Notes: generated from the sequence alone by a model not told the origin. Positions 1 through 12,414 are shown, counted from the first letter of the stretch. The stretch: 64,000 nucleotides of DNA from Carcharhinus longimanus (GCA_030264375.1 JASCQW010000032.1:71049587-71113586), one strand, 5' to 3'. Numbers and translations: made by a program.

Positions 1-2253
1 CCCCGGTGGATAGTGGGGAGTGGGTCACACCAACTATGTGTGTGCTAATGCTGCACTAATATGGCACAGGCACAGTTCACTGACAGATAGTGTTTTGGAG
101 CCATAAAATGGCAAATTTACAAACCAAATTTCTTGTTCAGTGTATTAGAAGAACAACAACAACATTCCTTCATGGTGAATTCCTGAATTATCAAGGGGAA
201 TGCCAAGTTAAAGCTAGGTGTTTTCCCACTGTGTTACCCAAAAATCTTCCTATGTTTCTTAGTGGTGAAGTCGAGAATAACAGGTCAATTATCTGCCACT
301 TCTCTACATACTAAGCAGAAAAATGGCCAGCAATGGCTCTCATGGAAGTTCTCGTGTTGGAGTGGGTAACAGGATTGATGGTCTGAATGTGAAGATTACA
401 GCGTCAAGTGGAGCACTCTTGCTGCAACTGGCTTGACAGAAAAGTTGTTTTTATTTTTAAGTTCCATTTAAGTTCCAGCCAAAGGGACCACTGAAAGATC
501 ACAAGTCCATCAGGCCTTTGATAACATATTTAATAGATGATAACATATTCAATAAGCATTAGGCTGCAAATTGATATATTCAAGCAGCTTTATCATTTTT
601 TTAGGCCACAGAAAAATGAATGCACAAAGCCTGAACAGACTGGATCCAGATCCCACTAAATTGGGATGCTTTGACCCTATGTTATGTTGAAAAATGGGCA
701 CAATACATGCCAGTCTCTACGCCATAATCTAAGCTAATGCATCATTACTGCACTGAGAGACTACTGCATTGTTACTACTTAATTTTCAAGGCTAGCATGG
801 TCACTAAACATAAATACTAATAGTCCTTGAGTCATGATCTAGTCAAGACCAAGGAGATAGAACACATTTATTTGTTCCTACTCAAGTGTACTTATCTATG
901 GTAAAATGGAATGCCAGACCTAAATCTAATCACCCTTGCTCACAAATTTGCACCAATGGACTACACACCCAAAGCTATCAGAAGGCTAAGAAAGGTTGTT
1001 GAAATGGTAGTGCTGTGTCCCATAAAGAACAGATAAAAGGTCACAAATTCACAGTCCGGCAGAGAATTATAAAATTAAAACTGCCAACCATTTGTCAGTC
1101 TAAAGGGATGAAGTAATAAAGGGACATAAAATGAATTACATTTCCAGCATGAATTTGAGTAAGTACTGAACAAAGGAAAAGGTCTCAAATTTTACAGTTT
1201 TTTCCATATTTATAATTTTCAAACTTTCATGAGAACTTTGCAGTTAATCCTGTTAAAGAATAAAAGTTATGGGAGTTTTAGACATCTTTTATTGGCAAAA
1301 CGTTGCAGCTGAACATCCTATGTCAGTTGGAGAAGCTGCCCTTTCTTTGAAGGTTTGAGGAAATGCAGAAACACACCTGCTGATTGGGGTTTTAGGAGTG
1401 GAAAGTGGCTGAAAATATGTATTTAAATTTATCTTTATTTCTGATGCATTTGCAAAATCAGAAACAGCTTAGCTTGTTGCTTCTGTTTATTTCAAAACCT
1501 GTGACCAGTTTTCACGAGATTAGCAAAATATGTCATAGTGCAACCAGCTACTGGTAAAGTTCCCATCTGAAGCTAAATTTAGACCAAAACGTATGTCTCT
1601 GTGGTTCAGTGTCGCAACTTTGATTTGCATTCTGGAAAACACCTTGATGGGCTGCACAAAAAAGTGTTCAACCTACTGACAGAGAGAAAGGAGCTCTTCC
1701 GCAGACACCTGCACCAGGACTGTGAGCTTTCAATAATATTGCACTATGGTTTTGACGAAAGCTCTTTATCAGGTGGGAAAAATGCTTGGAATGCCCGTGA
1801 ACACATGGTTGCAGGAATGAGGTCAGCCCCCACTTACAATCAGTTGTTGGATTTGCCCAGGAAGCTTTGAACAGGTTAGGTTGGAATTAAAGGGACCCGG
1901 CTCCGTAAATGTCCACTGTTTAATTTACTGGTGTTTACATATAGAATAGCAAATTTAGACTGCAGGGATACACAAGCTTAAGTGCATCTGCGGCTTTCAA
2001 GCCACACACAAGGAACTGAACACACTTGCTTGGTTGGGCATGGAGCAGAGACAGAGGGAGAAAACTGGTGGGAAAGCACAAGAAGACCAACTTTAGGCCA
2101 TTCTGAATACAACCAAAGCCCACAGCTTCACTGATAGCAGAGTTTCACACAGCCAAGTTAAGTCAGGACAAAGAATTTACTTTGCAGTAAGACTTTTATA
2201 ACAAAATATCATAGTTGTGCAGGGGCATGAGGTACAGCTGATATGGTACTCAC

Positions 2254-2325
2254 CTGTACCGTTGCCTCTACCAGGCTGGATTGTGGCTTCAGGCCCCATA
2301 GTGTCATACTCTTCCTTCATTTCTT
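2254..2325 (-). CDS. ZEB2: ZEB2 coding exon (orthologue of human exon 4), 72 bp
   Basis: Translates (E)[23 protein letters not shown] versus human [24 protein letters not shown]. Acceptor TTTTCTCTACAG (CAG at 2328-2326), donor GTGAG (2253-2249). Joins the 258-bp exon in frame (G|AA = Glu). Confidence 0.96.
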
Positions 2326-3701
2326 CTGTAGAGAAAAGGGACATGAGAAGAGGCTCAGTACTTGTGAGCTTTATTTGTGGTGTGATAACCTGCGCAGTAT
2401 TAAACACAGCAAAGCCCTGGCAAAGTTAGCCACAGGAAAGGTTGTCATCAACACTTGCCCAATGTCTCAGCCTTTCCGATGACTTCTGTCACCCTGGGTC
2501 AGGCCAGTACAGTGTGGCAGTGAAAAACAGTGAAGAAACTGAGGATTGAGAAGTGTCAGGCATTAAAAGGTAAGGGGGCATAGGCTTCAATAAATAATCA
2601 AACCCAATGATGTTAACTAATCTCACAAAGACAAACACTGAACTAAGGGTATTTCTGGGAAGAGACCAATCGAGATATTAACTAATGTACAGTACTATTG
2701 CTCATCTCATGTGACTCATGTGAGTCATGAGCATCATAAGTTTTCCACCTGAGGGCACTTGAACCAGCTGAGGGAAAAAAAGACTGACTGTATTTTTTTT
2801 GCATAATACCAGTAATGCTCACAATTTCTACTTCATTTACTTCCTCAGTGTCATTTTTAGGTAAAGGGTGAGTGAAGTTGTAATGTCCTGCACTATCTGT
2901 TTGCTGTGTTAACATTCATAAATATGAACAATGTTTACAGATTGCTTTCTCGAGCTCTGTTTTGTTGTTGCAGTTGCATAGACTATGTGGCACCTATAGT
3001 TAAAACTGCTACAATCATGGCCTTGTAAACAAATCAGACTCAAAACAGAAAAAGCAAACTGTGTAAAAGAGTCCTTTTGGTTGGTCCCTGGAGGGCAGCT
3101 TTGAAAAAAAAATCCCAGCACAAATATGCTTTTTTTTCCGTATGCCCCCATCATTAAGTTCAAAATAATCTATGTAAATAATAGGACATGCATAGATGAC
3201 AGATATCAAAAGGCCTGACCATTTAGCACTGCTGCATGTTCTCATCACAGATGACGAGACAGCAGTGAGTTTTTCTGTATTTTTCTTTCAGCTGCCATGC
3301 ATTGACACTGTGATGTTCAAACAGCCTAATCCAAAAAGGGATATTGTTATTTTCTTAACAATTAAGAGAGCAATGAATCTAATGCACTAATCATTGTGTG
3401 TTACTGTCTATCACGCATGGAAAAAATTTCACAGAAGCACTTGGTCCTGGACAAGAAGGATTGAACAAGCAAAAGGAGCAGGCACGCAGGTGATTTATTT
3501 GAGTGTGTGTCAGTGATAATGATGTCATGTTTTCCAGCACACTGTGTCCACCCCATTGTGGAATAAAAGAATGTCAAGGACAATTCAAAACACAAAACTT
3601 TTATTGTGCTGTAACCGGAAGGAACAGTAAGAACTCGAGCAGGTCAACTATGCTCTTCAGCTGAGAACCTATTTCCTGAGAACAAAAGTATTGTAACACA
3701 G

Positions 3702-3727
3702 GAGAGAGAGAGAGAGAGAGAGAGAGA
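3702..3727. repeat. (GA)n microsatellite
   Basis: Pure GA run of about 13 units. Confidence 0.95.
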
Positions 3728-4519
3728 AAGGGATCTGAAAGCGAATGCAACCTGAGCTAGTGCTAGGGCAGAAGAGTTTTTCTTTGAGTGGCGCAAGAAT
3801 GAAAATGACCAAAAGCCTGGCAGCAACTGGTCAGACTTGAAGCAAGAGATATGTGTAAGTATACGTTGGGGACGGAGAGGGAGAGAGGAATGCAGTTGGC
3901 AGGGACAGGATGTGTTTTAAATACCTCAGGTAAAATGATATNNNNNNNNNNNNNNNNNNNNNNNNNNNNNNNNNNNNNNNNNNNNNNNNNNNNNNNNNNN
4001 NNNNNNNNNNNNNNNNNNNNNNNNNNNNNNNNNNNNNNNNNAATGATATAATCAAAGGCAGCATTTATGTTGCAGCAAGATAGATTTGCAAATAAGCCAG
4101 AATCTGTGCTGTAATTATGTGGCACCCAACAACAAGGGCAAGTCGAGGGTCTGTGCTTCTGCATGGGAGCGAGTTAATGTTGAATGTTTGCTGTTTTGGG
4201 GTCCTCACCCAGCCTTCAACCAGTCAGCCTGTCAATTTTCTAATACCTATAATCTGATACTTTGAAATGAACATTCAAGAATCAAGAACAATAGTATCCT
4301 TACCATCAGGTACGCGAGGATAAAATGATTCCTAAGTCAAAAAAGAATCTCACCAATGGCAGCTGTTTTCTATCAATTTAACAGAACTTTTGCAAATAGG
4401 CACAGAAACATGACATTTGGTCAACTTATCTCTATTTCTAATGGAACAAAATCTAATTTCAAAGCTCCATTTTAGCTGGGGTGGAATGTAAAGTTCCACA
4501 TGAGAATGAAGAGGTAATA

Positions 4520-5250
4520 GCAACACAAGTTGCCTTTATGAATCACGTTTAAGGTAGGGAAACCGCTAAAATATTTCACAGGAGCATCATCAGACAAGAG
4601 TTGACACTGAGCCAAAGAAGGAAACATCAGGACAATGTGATCAAATGCTTTGTTAAAGAGGTAAGTGTAAAGGAGGGTCTAAAATAGATTTAGATAGATG
4701 GAAAGATTTAAGAAGGGAATTCAGACTTTAGGGCCTAGATGGCTAAAGTAATAACCATCAGCGAAGACAGTGGGCCATTCAGAAGTGGCCAAGTTGAAGG
4801 AATAGCTTCAGAATGTGACTTAAATCTTCAAGGACATAAATGAAAAAGGAGTTTGGAGCTGGAGCAGTATTTTCCAAGGATAGATGGGTGAAGGGTAGGT
4901 TTTTGATGAGCAGTGGTGATTTTGGCATGTTTGATAGAGATTTATGGCCGGGATTTTCCAGTCCTGCTCATGTGGATGAGGAACCATTTACAATATCAAG
5001 CAAAATGGGGGACAGGAAACAAAGCGGTATGGTCAGAAGTTTAGTGGGTACAAGGTCAGGAAAACAGCAGGAGGTTACCATGGACAAGATGTGTTCGGAG
5101 AGGGCATAAGGAGAGACGGAGATGTTAGAGAATGATATGAGTTCAGGCGTGGGGGTGGGTGAAAGTTCACTTGGTGGGCAAGGAGAAGGAATGGGTACAA
5201 CAGAGGCAGCTGAATTGGTGGTCCCAATTTTCCTTTAGCAGAGTTGTCAA
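4520..5250 (-). mobile_element. Decayed L2-like LINE 3' fragment
   Basis: Shares 'gacactgagcca...tggtcaa/tgttaaa gaggta...ttttaagga...tagggcctag' blocks with the copy at 43260-43670. Pattern recalled as an L2 3' end. Confidence 0.55.
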
Positions 5251-5582
5251 GAAGCAGATGTTTATTGTTTGAAATGCTTAAATTAAGTATTTGAATATTT
5301 CCAGAAGAGTGAATGGTTTAATGGGGACAAACCTAATGCATCTTTTACACTGGGTTTGATGAGGAGAGTTGGTTGCTGATATGAGTTGTTGGACAGTAAA
5401 CGGCAAACTCGAAATAAATGCACTAGCTTTGCAAAGGCTGGCAGATGAGAAAACCTGATAACTAATAGATTTTACCAACCATAATCTTTGATGGATCTGA
5501 TAGGTTTACATTAAAGTTGATATTGGCTACACAAGACCAATATTGGGAGCTGACAATATTAGCCCCCAATTCTTTTGACTCT

Positions 5583-5920
5583 CATGCTGGATGCAGGCAT
5601 CACTAGTAGGCCAGCATTTTCTTGCTTATCCCTAATTGCCTTTGGCTTGCTAGATCATTTTAGAGGCAATAAAGAGATAACCACATTGCTGTGTGTCTGG
5701 AGACACAAGTAGGCCAGACCAGGGACAGATGGGACATTTCCTTCCCTGGAGGATATTACTGAACCTGGTCAGTGTTTACAACAATGATGGTTGCCATTAC
5801 CAAGACGAGCTTTCCAATGCCGATTTTATGAACTGAATTTAAATTTCACCAGCTGCCATTATGGGATTTGAACCCTTGTCCACACAGCATGAACCTGGGC
5901 TGCTGGATTACTAGTCCAGT
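5583..5920 (-). mobile_element. tRNA-headed SINE, family 'B' (core ggaaggaaatctgcc...ctggtctggcctac...cacagcaatgtggtt)
   Basis: Reverse complement of the copies at 19040 and 23355, with a B-box-like gggttcaaatccc head. Confidence 0.75.
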
Positions 5921-5924
5921 AGCA

Positions 5925-6258
5925 GGGGCAGCACGGTGGCACAGTGCTCAGCATTGCTGTCTCACAGCGCCAGGATTCTGGGTTCAACTCCAGCCTCGGG
6001 TCACTGTCTGAGTGGAGTTTGCACATTCTCCCTATGTTTGTGAGGGTTTCCTCCAGGTCCTGCAGATTCTTTCAACAGTCCAAAGATGTGTGGGTTAGGT
6101 AGATTGGCCAGGCTAAATTAACTCTGGTGTTAAGGGGTTAGCAGGGTAAATAAGGGGTTAGCAGGGTTACGGGAAGAGGGTCTGGGTGGAATTGTGGTTG
6201 ATGCAGACTCAATGGGTTGAACAGCCTTCTTCTGCACAGTAGGGATTCTATGATTCTG
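5925..6258 (+). mobile_element. HE1-type V-SINE, full length, nested in the head of a family-B SINE
   Basis: tRNA-like A/B boxes (ggtggcacagtg...gggttcaactcc), V-domain gtggagtttgcacattctcc...tttcctccagg and CR1-like tail ...gcacagtagggattctatgattct. Contains an internal 17-bp duplication at 6131-6167. Confidence 0.9.
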
Positions 6259-6853
6259 TGAGTATCGCTCTGACACTGTCTCCCTTACATTTAACATGAC
6301 AATGAGATGAAGAAAGGTGGGAGGAGGCTTGTTGGAGCATTAAGACCTGCATAGGTTTATTGCCATGCTTTAACTTCTATGTAGTTCTGTGTAAAGCCAC
6401 TTCATAAGATGGATACCACCGAATCATATTTAAAGACCCCTTCATATTCGTGCATTCTTTTCTCAGGTTTCTGGAGAGCATTGAATGTGTACCAATTACC
6501 TGTGTATGTATGTACTGAAAAAGCACCGGTAAACTGAAAGGTCACAGAACTCTGAACTGGTCCCAGCCATCAGAAATCAAGAATATTAGTGAGTCTTGAA
6601 CACATGGATCTGGAACTTTATCATTTTATCAACTAAACATATTTCTATTGGGAGAGGAGGTGGTCTGTACAAATGGTTGCAACTGGACGTTGCACTTGAT
6701 GTACGTGTGAGTTTCCAACTCTATTCAGCACCTGAACCATGTGTTATTGATTTTCAGTTCCTGGTTCTCCATTCATTGATTGTTACCCCTACGTCCCTAC
6801 TCAGTCGCTGCACCCCAAGGGTGATGAGCAACTCACTTGCTCATTTGAGATAG

Positions 6854-6980
6854 GGGGCGAATTTTCTCGTTCCGCCTGCCACAGGAATCTTAGCAGGCGA
6901 GGGGCGGACCATGGAAAGGTTCATTGACCTCGGACAGGATTTTCTGGTTTCGGGTTGAGCGCGGCTGGAAAATCCCGTCC
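6854..6980. mobile_element. Short MITE-like element (Harbinger-like ends)
   Basis: GC/CpG-rich 127-bp island with imperfect inverted ends ggggcgaattttc / gaaaatcccgtcc. No clear TSD. Confidence 0.55.
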
Positions 6981-8706
6981 GCATCAACCAAACGGTGGGT
7001 TTAACATATTCTTAGATTAATTCAGAGTACAACATTCTGTAAGTTATACCTGTAATTGACAGTCTGTGCAATTGTTGAGCTACTCAAGCCATAAATCTCA
7101 AATGTGGAAACCAATTTCCAGTCCAAGTCATATTTTAATGAAACCATTGACAGTCGTCCTATACCAGTGCTGAGGGTTCTGCATTGTTTCAGATATCATG
7201 AATGGTCACTAATCTGTTACTTATTTGCATTTAAAGAATGCCTTTGGCTCAGGGAAAGGGTTAACACACATGTAATGAAGCAGGCTACTGAATTTCAAAT
7301 GCCTGACCATTTCTTCAGAATGTAGCCTCGACAGCTTTGCAGTGGGCGTCCTGCATGTTCTCTTGGGTGACCTTTCACTAGCCCATTGTATTTATTAGCA
7401 ATCTGGATTACTGCCCAGGCTTAGTGAGGCTGGTATGACGCTGCCATGCCTTCACTTGTGTAGGCACAGCCTGTGTATAGATTGTCTACACACAGTGCTC
7501 TGTTCTACGAGAACCTTTAGCATCAATTGCAACAGTGCCAAACAGTGGTATATTTCTAATTTCTTTGTGTTTTACATCATAATTTAGAGAAATAGAAAAG
7601 CTTAATAACATAACCTCAAATACACCAAGGTACTGAACTGATACTCTGCAAGGCAACACTGCCAAAAGAGTAGTCCACATGGGATACTGCTGCCAATTAA
7701 GTTGTGTACACTTACCATCTCTTCATCCCATTCCCCACAACATATTGTAAATTTCTTTTCAATTGGCTAAAGTGCTCTGGGGCTAGGGAAGGAAAAATTA
7801 GATTGGTTCCTTTCCTTGATGACTGTACCCAAGTCCTTAATGGTGGTGCCCATTTGAGGACAGCAGAAGAACATAACAGTGGGGTTTGACTGCAGTATCT
7901 ACCACAGTCAGATGACCTGTTTATGTACATGTGAACAATAAGATATCAGAGGACAACAGCCACACATAGAACCCAATACTACTAAGAAGAAAAGGGTGCA
8001 AAATCAAACAAAGAATCTTCCTGATTTGGAGGATCTGGAGAAAATAATTAATGTCCTTGGAGGGCTCTTGTATCTTCCTCACCTCACTGAATAGAAGCCC
8101 TTATGTAAAAATATTTTGACAAGTAAAAATATCTGGTGACATTCCTTTCAGCAGCTCCGACAGACTGAAATGATTAAAAAATTTATTACAAAACAGTCTG
8201 GCAATTAAAAACATATTAAACAAATCTGCATCCCACCTCAACCTTCAACAATGTACCATCCACAGTACAATAAGTTTTTTTATTTGTTAGTGGCAGGTGA
8301 GAAGTGTGCAATAATGGGCATCATTGGGCCCATAGAGTCTGTTAATAATTGGCAATCACATCTTTTATAGCTAATGTATTTTTCAAGGTACTATTATCTA
8401 ATCCTTGTATTGACAGAGTGCTTTATCATGTTGAAATATGTCAAAGCACTTCACTCAATTAATTACTTTTGAAAGGCAGCGACTGTTTTTATTTAGGCAA
8501 TAGGAGAAGTTTCTTTACCCTTCCACCCATGTTACCTGCTGGTCTTGTGCACCAACAGATGCTGCTTTTGACAGCAGCTTGGACAATGATTTTTTGACTG
8601 AACAATGCTCTGTATGACATGTTCATTAACACTGTCCTCCATTTCCTGAGTTGTCCCTCACAATTGCCTTCTGCTTCCCGGTCCCACCCCTCCCAAATAA
8701 ATCCCA

Positions 8707-8784
8707 AAGATTGAATAGGTTAGGACTTTATTCCCTGGAGCATAGAAGAATGAGGGGAGATTTGATAGAGGTGTATAAGATTTT
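8707..8784 (+). mobile_element. CR1-clade LINE ORF2 C-terminal fragment running into a gap
   Basis: Peptide RLNRLGLYSLEHRRMRGDLIEVYKI is the hallmark CR1 motif (LGLFSLEKRRLRGDLI.VYK). Confidence 0.9.
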
Positions 8785-8884
8785 NNNNNNNNNNNNNNNN
8801 NNNNNNNNNNNNNNNNNNNNNNNNNNNNNNNNNNNNNNNNNNNNNNNNNNNNNNNNNNNNNNNNNNNNNNNNNNNNNNNNNNNN

Positions 8885-9090
8885 AAGATCAACTTAATGC
8901 AAGGTAAGTCCATTCAAAAGTCTGATGGCAGCAGGGAAGAAGCTGTTTTTGAGTCGGTTGGGATGTGACTCAGACTTTTGTATCTTTTTCTCGAAGGAAG
9001 AAGGTGTAAGAGAGAATGTCCGGAGTGCGTGGGGTCTTTAATTATGCTGGCTGCTTTGCCAAGGCAGCGAGAGAGTCAATGGATGGGAGG
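8885..9090 (-). mobile_element. Rex1/Babar LINE 3' fragment
   Basis: Minus strand reads HSGHSLLHLLPSRKRYKSL, then after a frameshift NRLKNSFFPAAIRLLN, typical of a Rex1 C-terminus. Homologous to 31565-31882. Confidence 0.8.
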
Positions 9091-9197
9091 CTCTGCTCCT
9101 ATTTAAATGATTCTCAGCTGCAGTTTATTCTGTTGGAGGTTTGAAACATTAACCTTGTTCCCTTTCTAGATGCTGACAGCCTTGCTGGACATTTGTA

Positions 9198-9519
9198 GGC
9201 AGCACAGTGGTTAGCACTGCTGCTTCACAGCTCCAGGGACCTGGGTTCGATTCCTGGCTTGGGCCCCTGTCTGTGTGGAGTTTGCACATTCTCCTCGTGT
9301 CTGTGAGTTTCCCCCAAGTGCTCCAGTTTCCTCCCACAGTTCAAAGATGTGCAGGTTAGGTTGATTGGCCATGATAAAAATTGCCCCTTAGAGTCCTGAG
9401 ATGCTTAGGTTAGAGGGATTAGTGAGTAAATATGTAGGGATATGGGGTTGGGATTGTGGTTGGTGCAGATTTGATGGGCTGAATGGCCACCTTCTGCACT
9501 GTGGAGTTTCTATAATTCT
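9198..9519 (+). mobile_element. HE1-type V-SINE
   Basis: tRNA head, V-domain and CR1-like tail as in the other copies. Confidence 0.92.
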
Positions 9520-10114
9520 TCTGATACTAGACTGTTAACCAGTATAGGCATCCAACCCTGAAAACATTCTCAACATGGTCTATTTTTGCTTTGGGCTTTA
9601 CTATTTTGTGACTTTTTACATTGTGATGCTTCTCACCTTATGGTGTGATTCATTCAACGCAATTTACGCGTGCACATAAAGTTTAGCCTCTAGGCAGAAA
9701 TATATTAACATAGGCAGAATGAAGGAAACTTTTTATTTAGATTTAATTACACAGTTAAGAATCATGAAAATATGATTGGTTTACATTAGTCTTCTCAATA
9801 AATATCCTAACAGAATATATATAGAAAATATATAAAACATGACGTAATGTAAAGATAACCTCAAATGACACTAAAATGGTTCAAAGTTAAAGGGGCGTTT
9901 TCACTGCAAGTTGTAAGAGGCTCATTTTCAGGAGCAGCCTGTGTAACCTGTTTTGAGAACCCAGTTCAAGTTATATCATGCTCTTCATTAATAAAATTGC
10001 TGGACTGAGGATTATTTTAATTGTACCATGAATTTATGTAGTCCCATTCTTACTAGTTTTTAATTGAAGTTCATTACATTATTAAGGAATTTCTGTATTA
10101 ACATTAAATTAATT

Positions 10115-10420
10115 GTCTAGTGGCGTAGTGGGTTTCTGAACCAGAAATTCTGAATGTGAGTCCCACCTCAGAACCTGACCAGTGCAAAGGGGTGTTCACA
10201 GCACAGCCACAGTGTTAACTATCAACCTGCAAAATTCTCCCAATATGGTAGGCAGTAAGAGTAGGGGAGGCTCCTGGCCAACCATGATCGGTGTGGAGTC
10301 GTGCCCGTCAAGATATAAGCCTCTGGTGACAGGCTGGTGACATGTTCAGGAATAACCAGCTATGGGAACAGTTGAAAGTCTACCTTGTGCACCTTTTAGG
10401 TGTGGTAAGAGAAACAACAT
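10115..10420 (+). mobile_element. Old tRNA-headed SINE, family 'C'
   Basis: Aligns by eye with the reverse complement of 15480-15775 (agtcccac..gtgttcaca..ggcagtaagag..tcctgg). Confidence 0.55.
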
Positions 10421-10429
10421 TAACCAGAA

Positions 10430-10605
10430 CAGGGTCACTTTTAACATTTAAGAAAAACCTGGATAGGTACATGGATGAGAGGGGTGTGGAGGGATATGGT
10501 CCAAGTGCAGGTCAGTGGGACTAGGCAAAAAATGGTTCAGCACAGACAAGAAGGGCCAAAAGGCCTGTTTCTGAGCTGTAATTTTCTATGGTTTCTGTGG
10601 TTTCT
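10430..10605 (+). mobile_element. CR1 LINE 3' end
   Basis: Reads TFKKNLDRYM, followed by a 3'UTR ending gggccaaaaggcctgtttctgagctgtaa(ttttctatgg)n. Confidence 0.85.
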
Positions 10606-10899
10606 AAATGCATCTTCCTCCTCTTTAACAACTATTTAAGCACAATTCTGGTGATGCAGTGGTCCAACATTCATAGACTCTAGTCGGAGAGCAGCCTGGT
10701 GAGGATGTCCATAACTCACCAGTCTAATTTAAATGCAGCCTGACAATATTGAATGCACCTCCGGCCTAACTGTTCAGGCGCAGGGATTAAAATTCTAGCT
10801 CGATGTGTCTCCCAATATTGACTGCTGTGATGTTATGACAGCAATATCCTTGATTTACCTATTTTTAAAAAATCCCTTCTTGATAATTGAACTAAGTTG

Positions 10900-11050
10900 T
10901 ACCGCTGATGTCCTTGAGGGATGGAAATCTGCTGTCCTTACCTGATCTGTCCTACATGTGACACCAGAGCCACAGCAATGTGGTTGACTCTCAACTGTCT
11001 TCCAAGGGCAACTAAGGACAATAAAAGCTGTTGTCCCATGAATGAACAAA
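10900..11050 (+). mobile_element. Family-B SINE fragment
   Basis: ggaaatctgctgtccttacctgatctgtcctacatgtgacaccagagccacagcaatgtggttgactc core. Confidence 0.8.
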
Positions 11051-11282
11051 AACAAACTATCCCATGGGACAAAGGTAAGTGAAGTGGGTTGTAAATATAA
11101 GAGCCAGCAAGATATCACTTTGTCAAAACTGTAATATTTTTGTTTGTTTACGTTTGGCGATTATTCCTTTAATTCCAGTCACAATATGTGTGCAGTTGAA
11201 AGACCACTGCAGCAAGAAATACTGTCATAATCAAAATTCAGTAACTGTGTTGCTAGACCACATCAAACCCATTTTTATAAAA

Positions 11283-11572
11283 TAAAGTTTATAAAGTTTA
11301 TTTATTAGTCACAAGAAAGTTACATTAACAGTGCAATGAAGTTGCTGTGAAAATCCCCTTGTCGCCACCCTCTGGCACCTGTTCGGGTAATTAGGGGAGA
11401 ATTAAGCATGGCCAATGCACCTAACCAGCACACCTTTCAGACTGTGGGAGGGAACCCCAGAGGAAACCCACACAGGCACAAGGAGAACATGCAGACTCCA
11501 CACAGTCAGTGACCCAAGCCAGGAATCAAACCCTGGCACTGTGAAGCAGCAGTGCTAATCACTGTGCCACCC
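11283..11572 (-). mobile_element. Short V-SINE variant with non-CR1 tail
   Basis: HE1-like head and V-domain, but the tail is ggggattttcacagcaacttcattgcactgttaatgtaa...ttgtgactaataaataaacttt. Confidence 0.88.
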
Positions 11573-12414
11573 ATACGGTTTTTTGAACCGTCAGCTGAAC
11601 CAAGCCACTTTTAGATGAACACAAGCTGTTGTTCGGTTAAACTTATTTTCAAAACAAAGTCCCTGTTTTGAAAATCCAAACAAGCTTTGGCAACTGGTTA
11701 AGAATAGTTGAAACCATGCACTTAATGGTACTGAGAAAACTCAGCCGCTTAGAATCTTCACAGGAAAAGGTAAAACAGATTAGTCAGAGAAGAGTACAGG
11801 AAAGAAAAGGACCACATACATAAAAGTATCTTTAAAAGAAGAACTTTGTATTGGATTGCAACTCTTTTATTGCCTATTCCACTTAAGGAATTAGATAATA
11901 CTTCCGTCTGTAAATATGTAATTGTATTATACCAGTTAGATTATTTGCTTGTTCACTCGATATGTTAGAATTAAAATGATGTAATGTTCTTCTGTTTTTA
12001 AAGACTTGAGAGCGATGCTGTGTAGTATAAATTCAGATAGCCTTGGAATCAGCAGATAGGATTTTTTATTGTCATCCCACATTTGGTACTCTTACCTCGC
12101 TCTCACAGCTGGATAGACACTCATAAATATGGGGAGATGGGGCTCAACCATGTAACATATGATAACTGAAGTAATCTAGAGTGGGAAGAATAGAAAGGGT
12201 CCAAAGATTTAACAGCCACCATGGAGAGATGAAAAGATGCAAACTGCCTCCAACTTTAGGTCAGTGAAATGTAGAAAGGGAGCTTTTCCACCAGGTGTTA
12301 ACACGAGAGGTTAAGATATGGACATGAATTGAGAGACTCAGCAACATAACCTGAATTCTTCTCAAAGTGCTACTGCTTGAAAACACTCCCACAAAGTTAA
12401 TGGGATGTTCTGAA

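Noticed and set aside
3763-4164. ORFs spanning N runs (also 8651, 31836, 36526, 41132, 46659)
   Set aside because: Their length is an artefact of assembly gaps.
5925-6000. tRNA-like A/B box sequences here and at other SINE heads
   Set aside because: They continue into SINE bodies and lack a complete cloverleaf; not tRNA genes.
11645-11675. 12-bp stem, 7-nt loop hairpin (attttcaaaaca/tgttttgaaaat)
   Set aside because: Low-complexity AT-rich stem, too short for a pre-miRNA, single occurrence.
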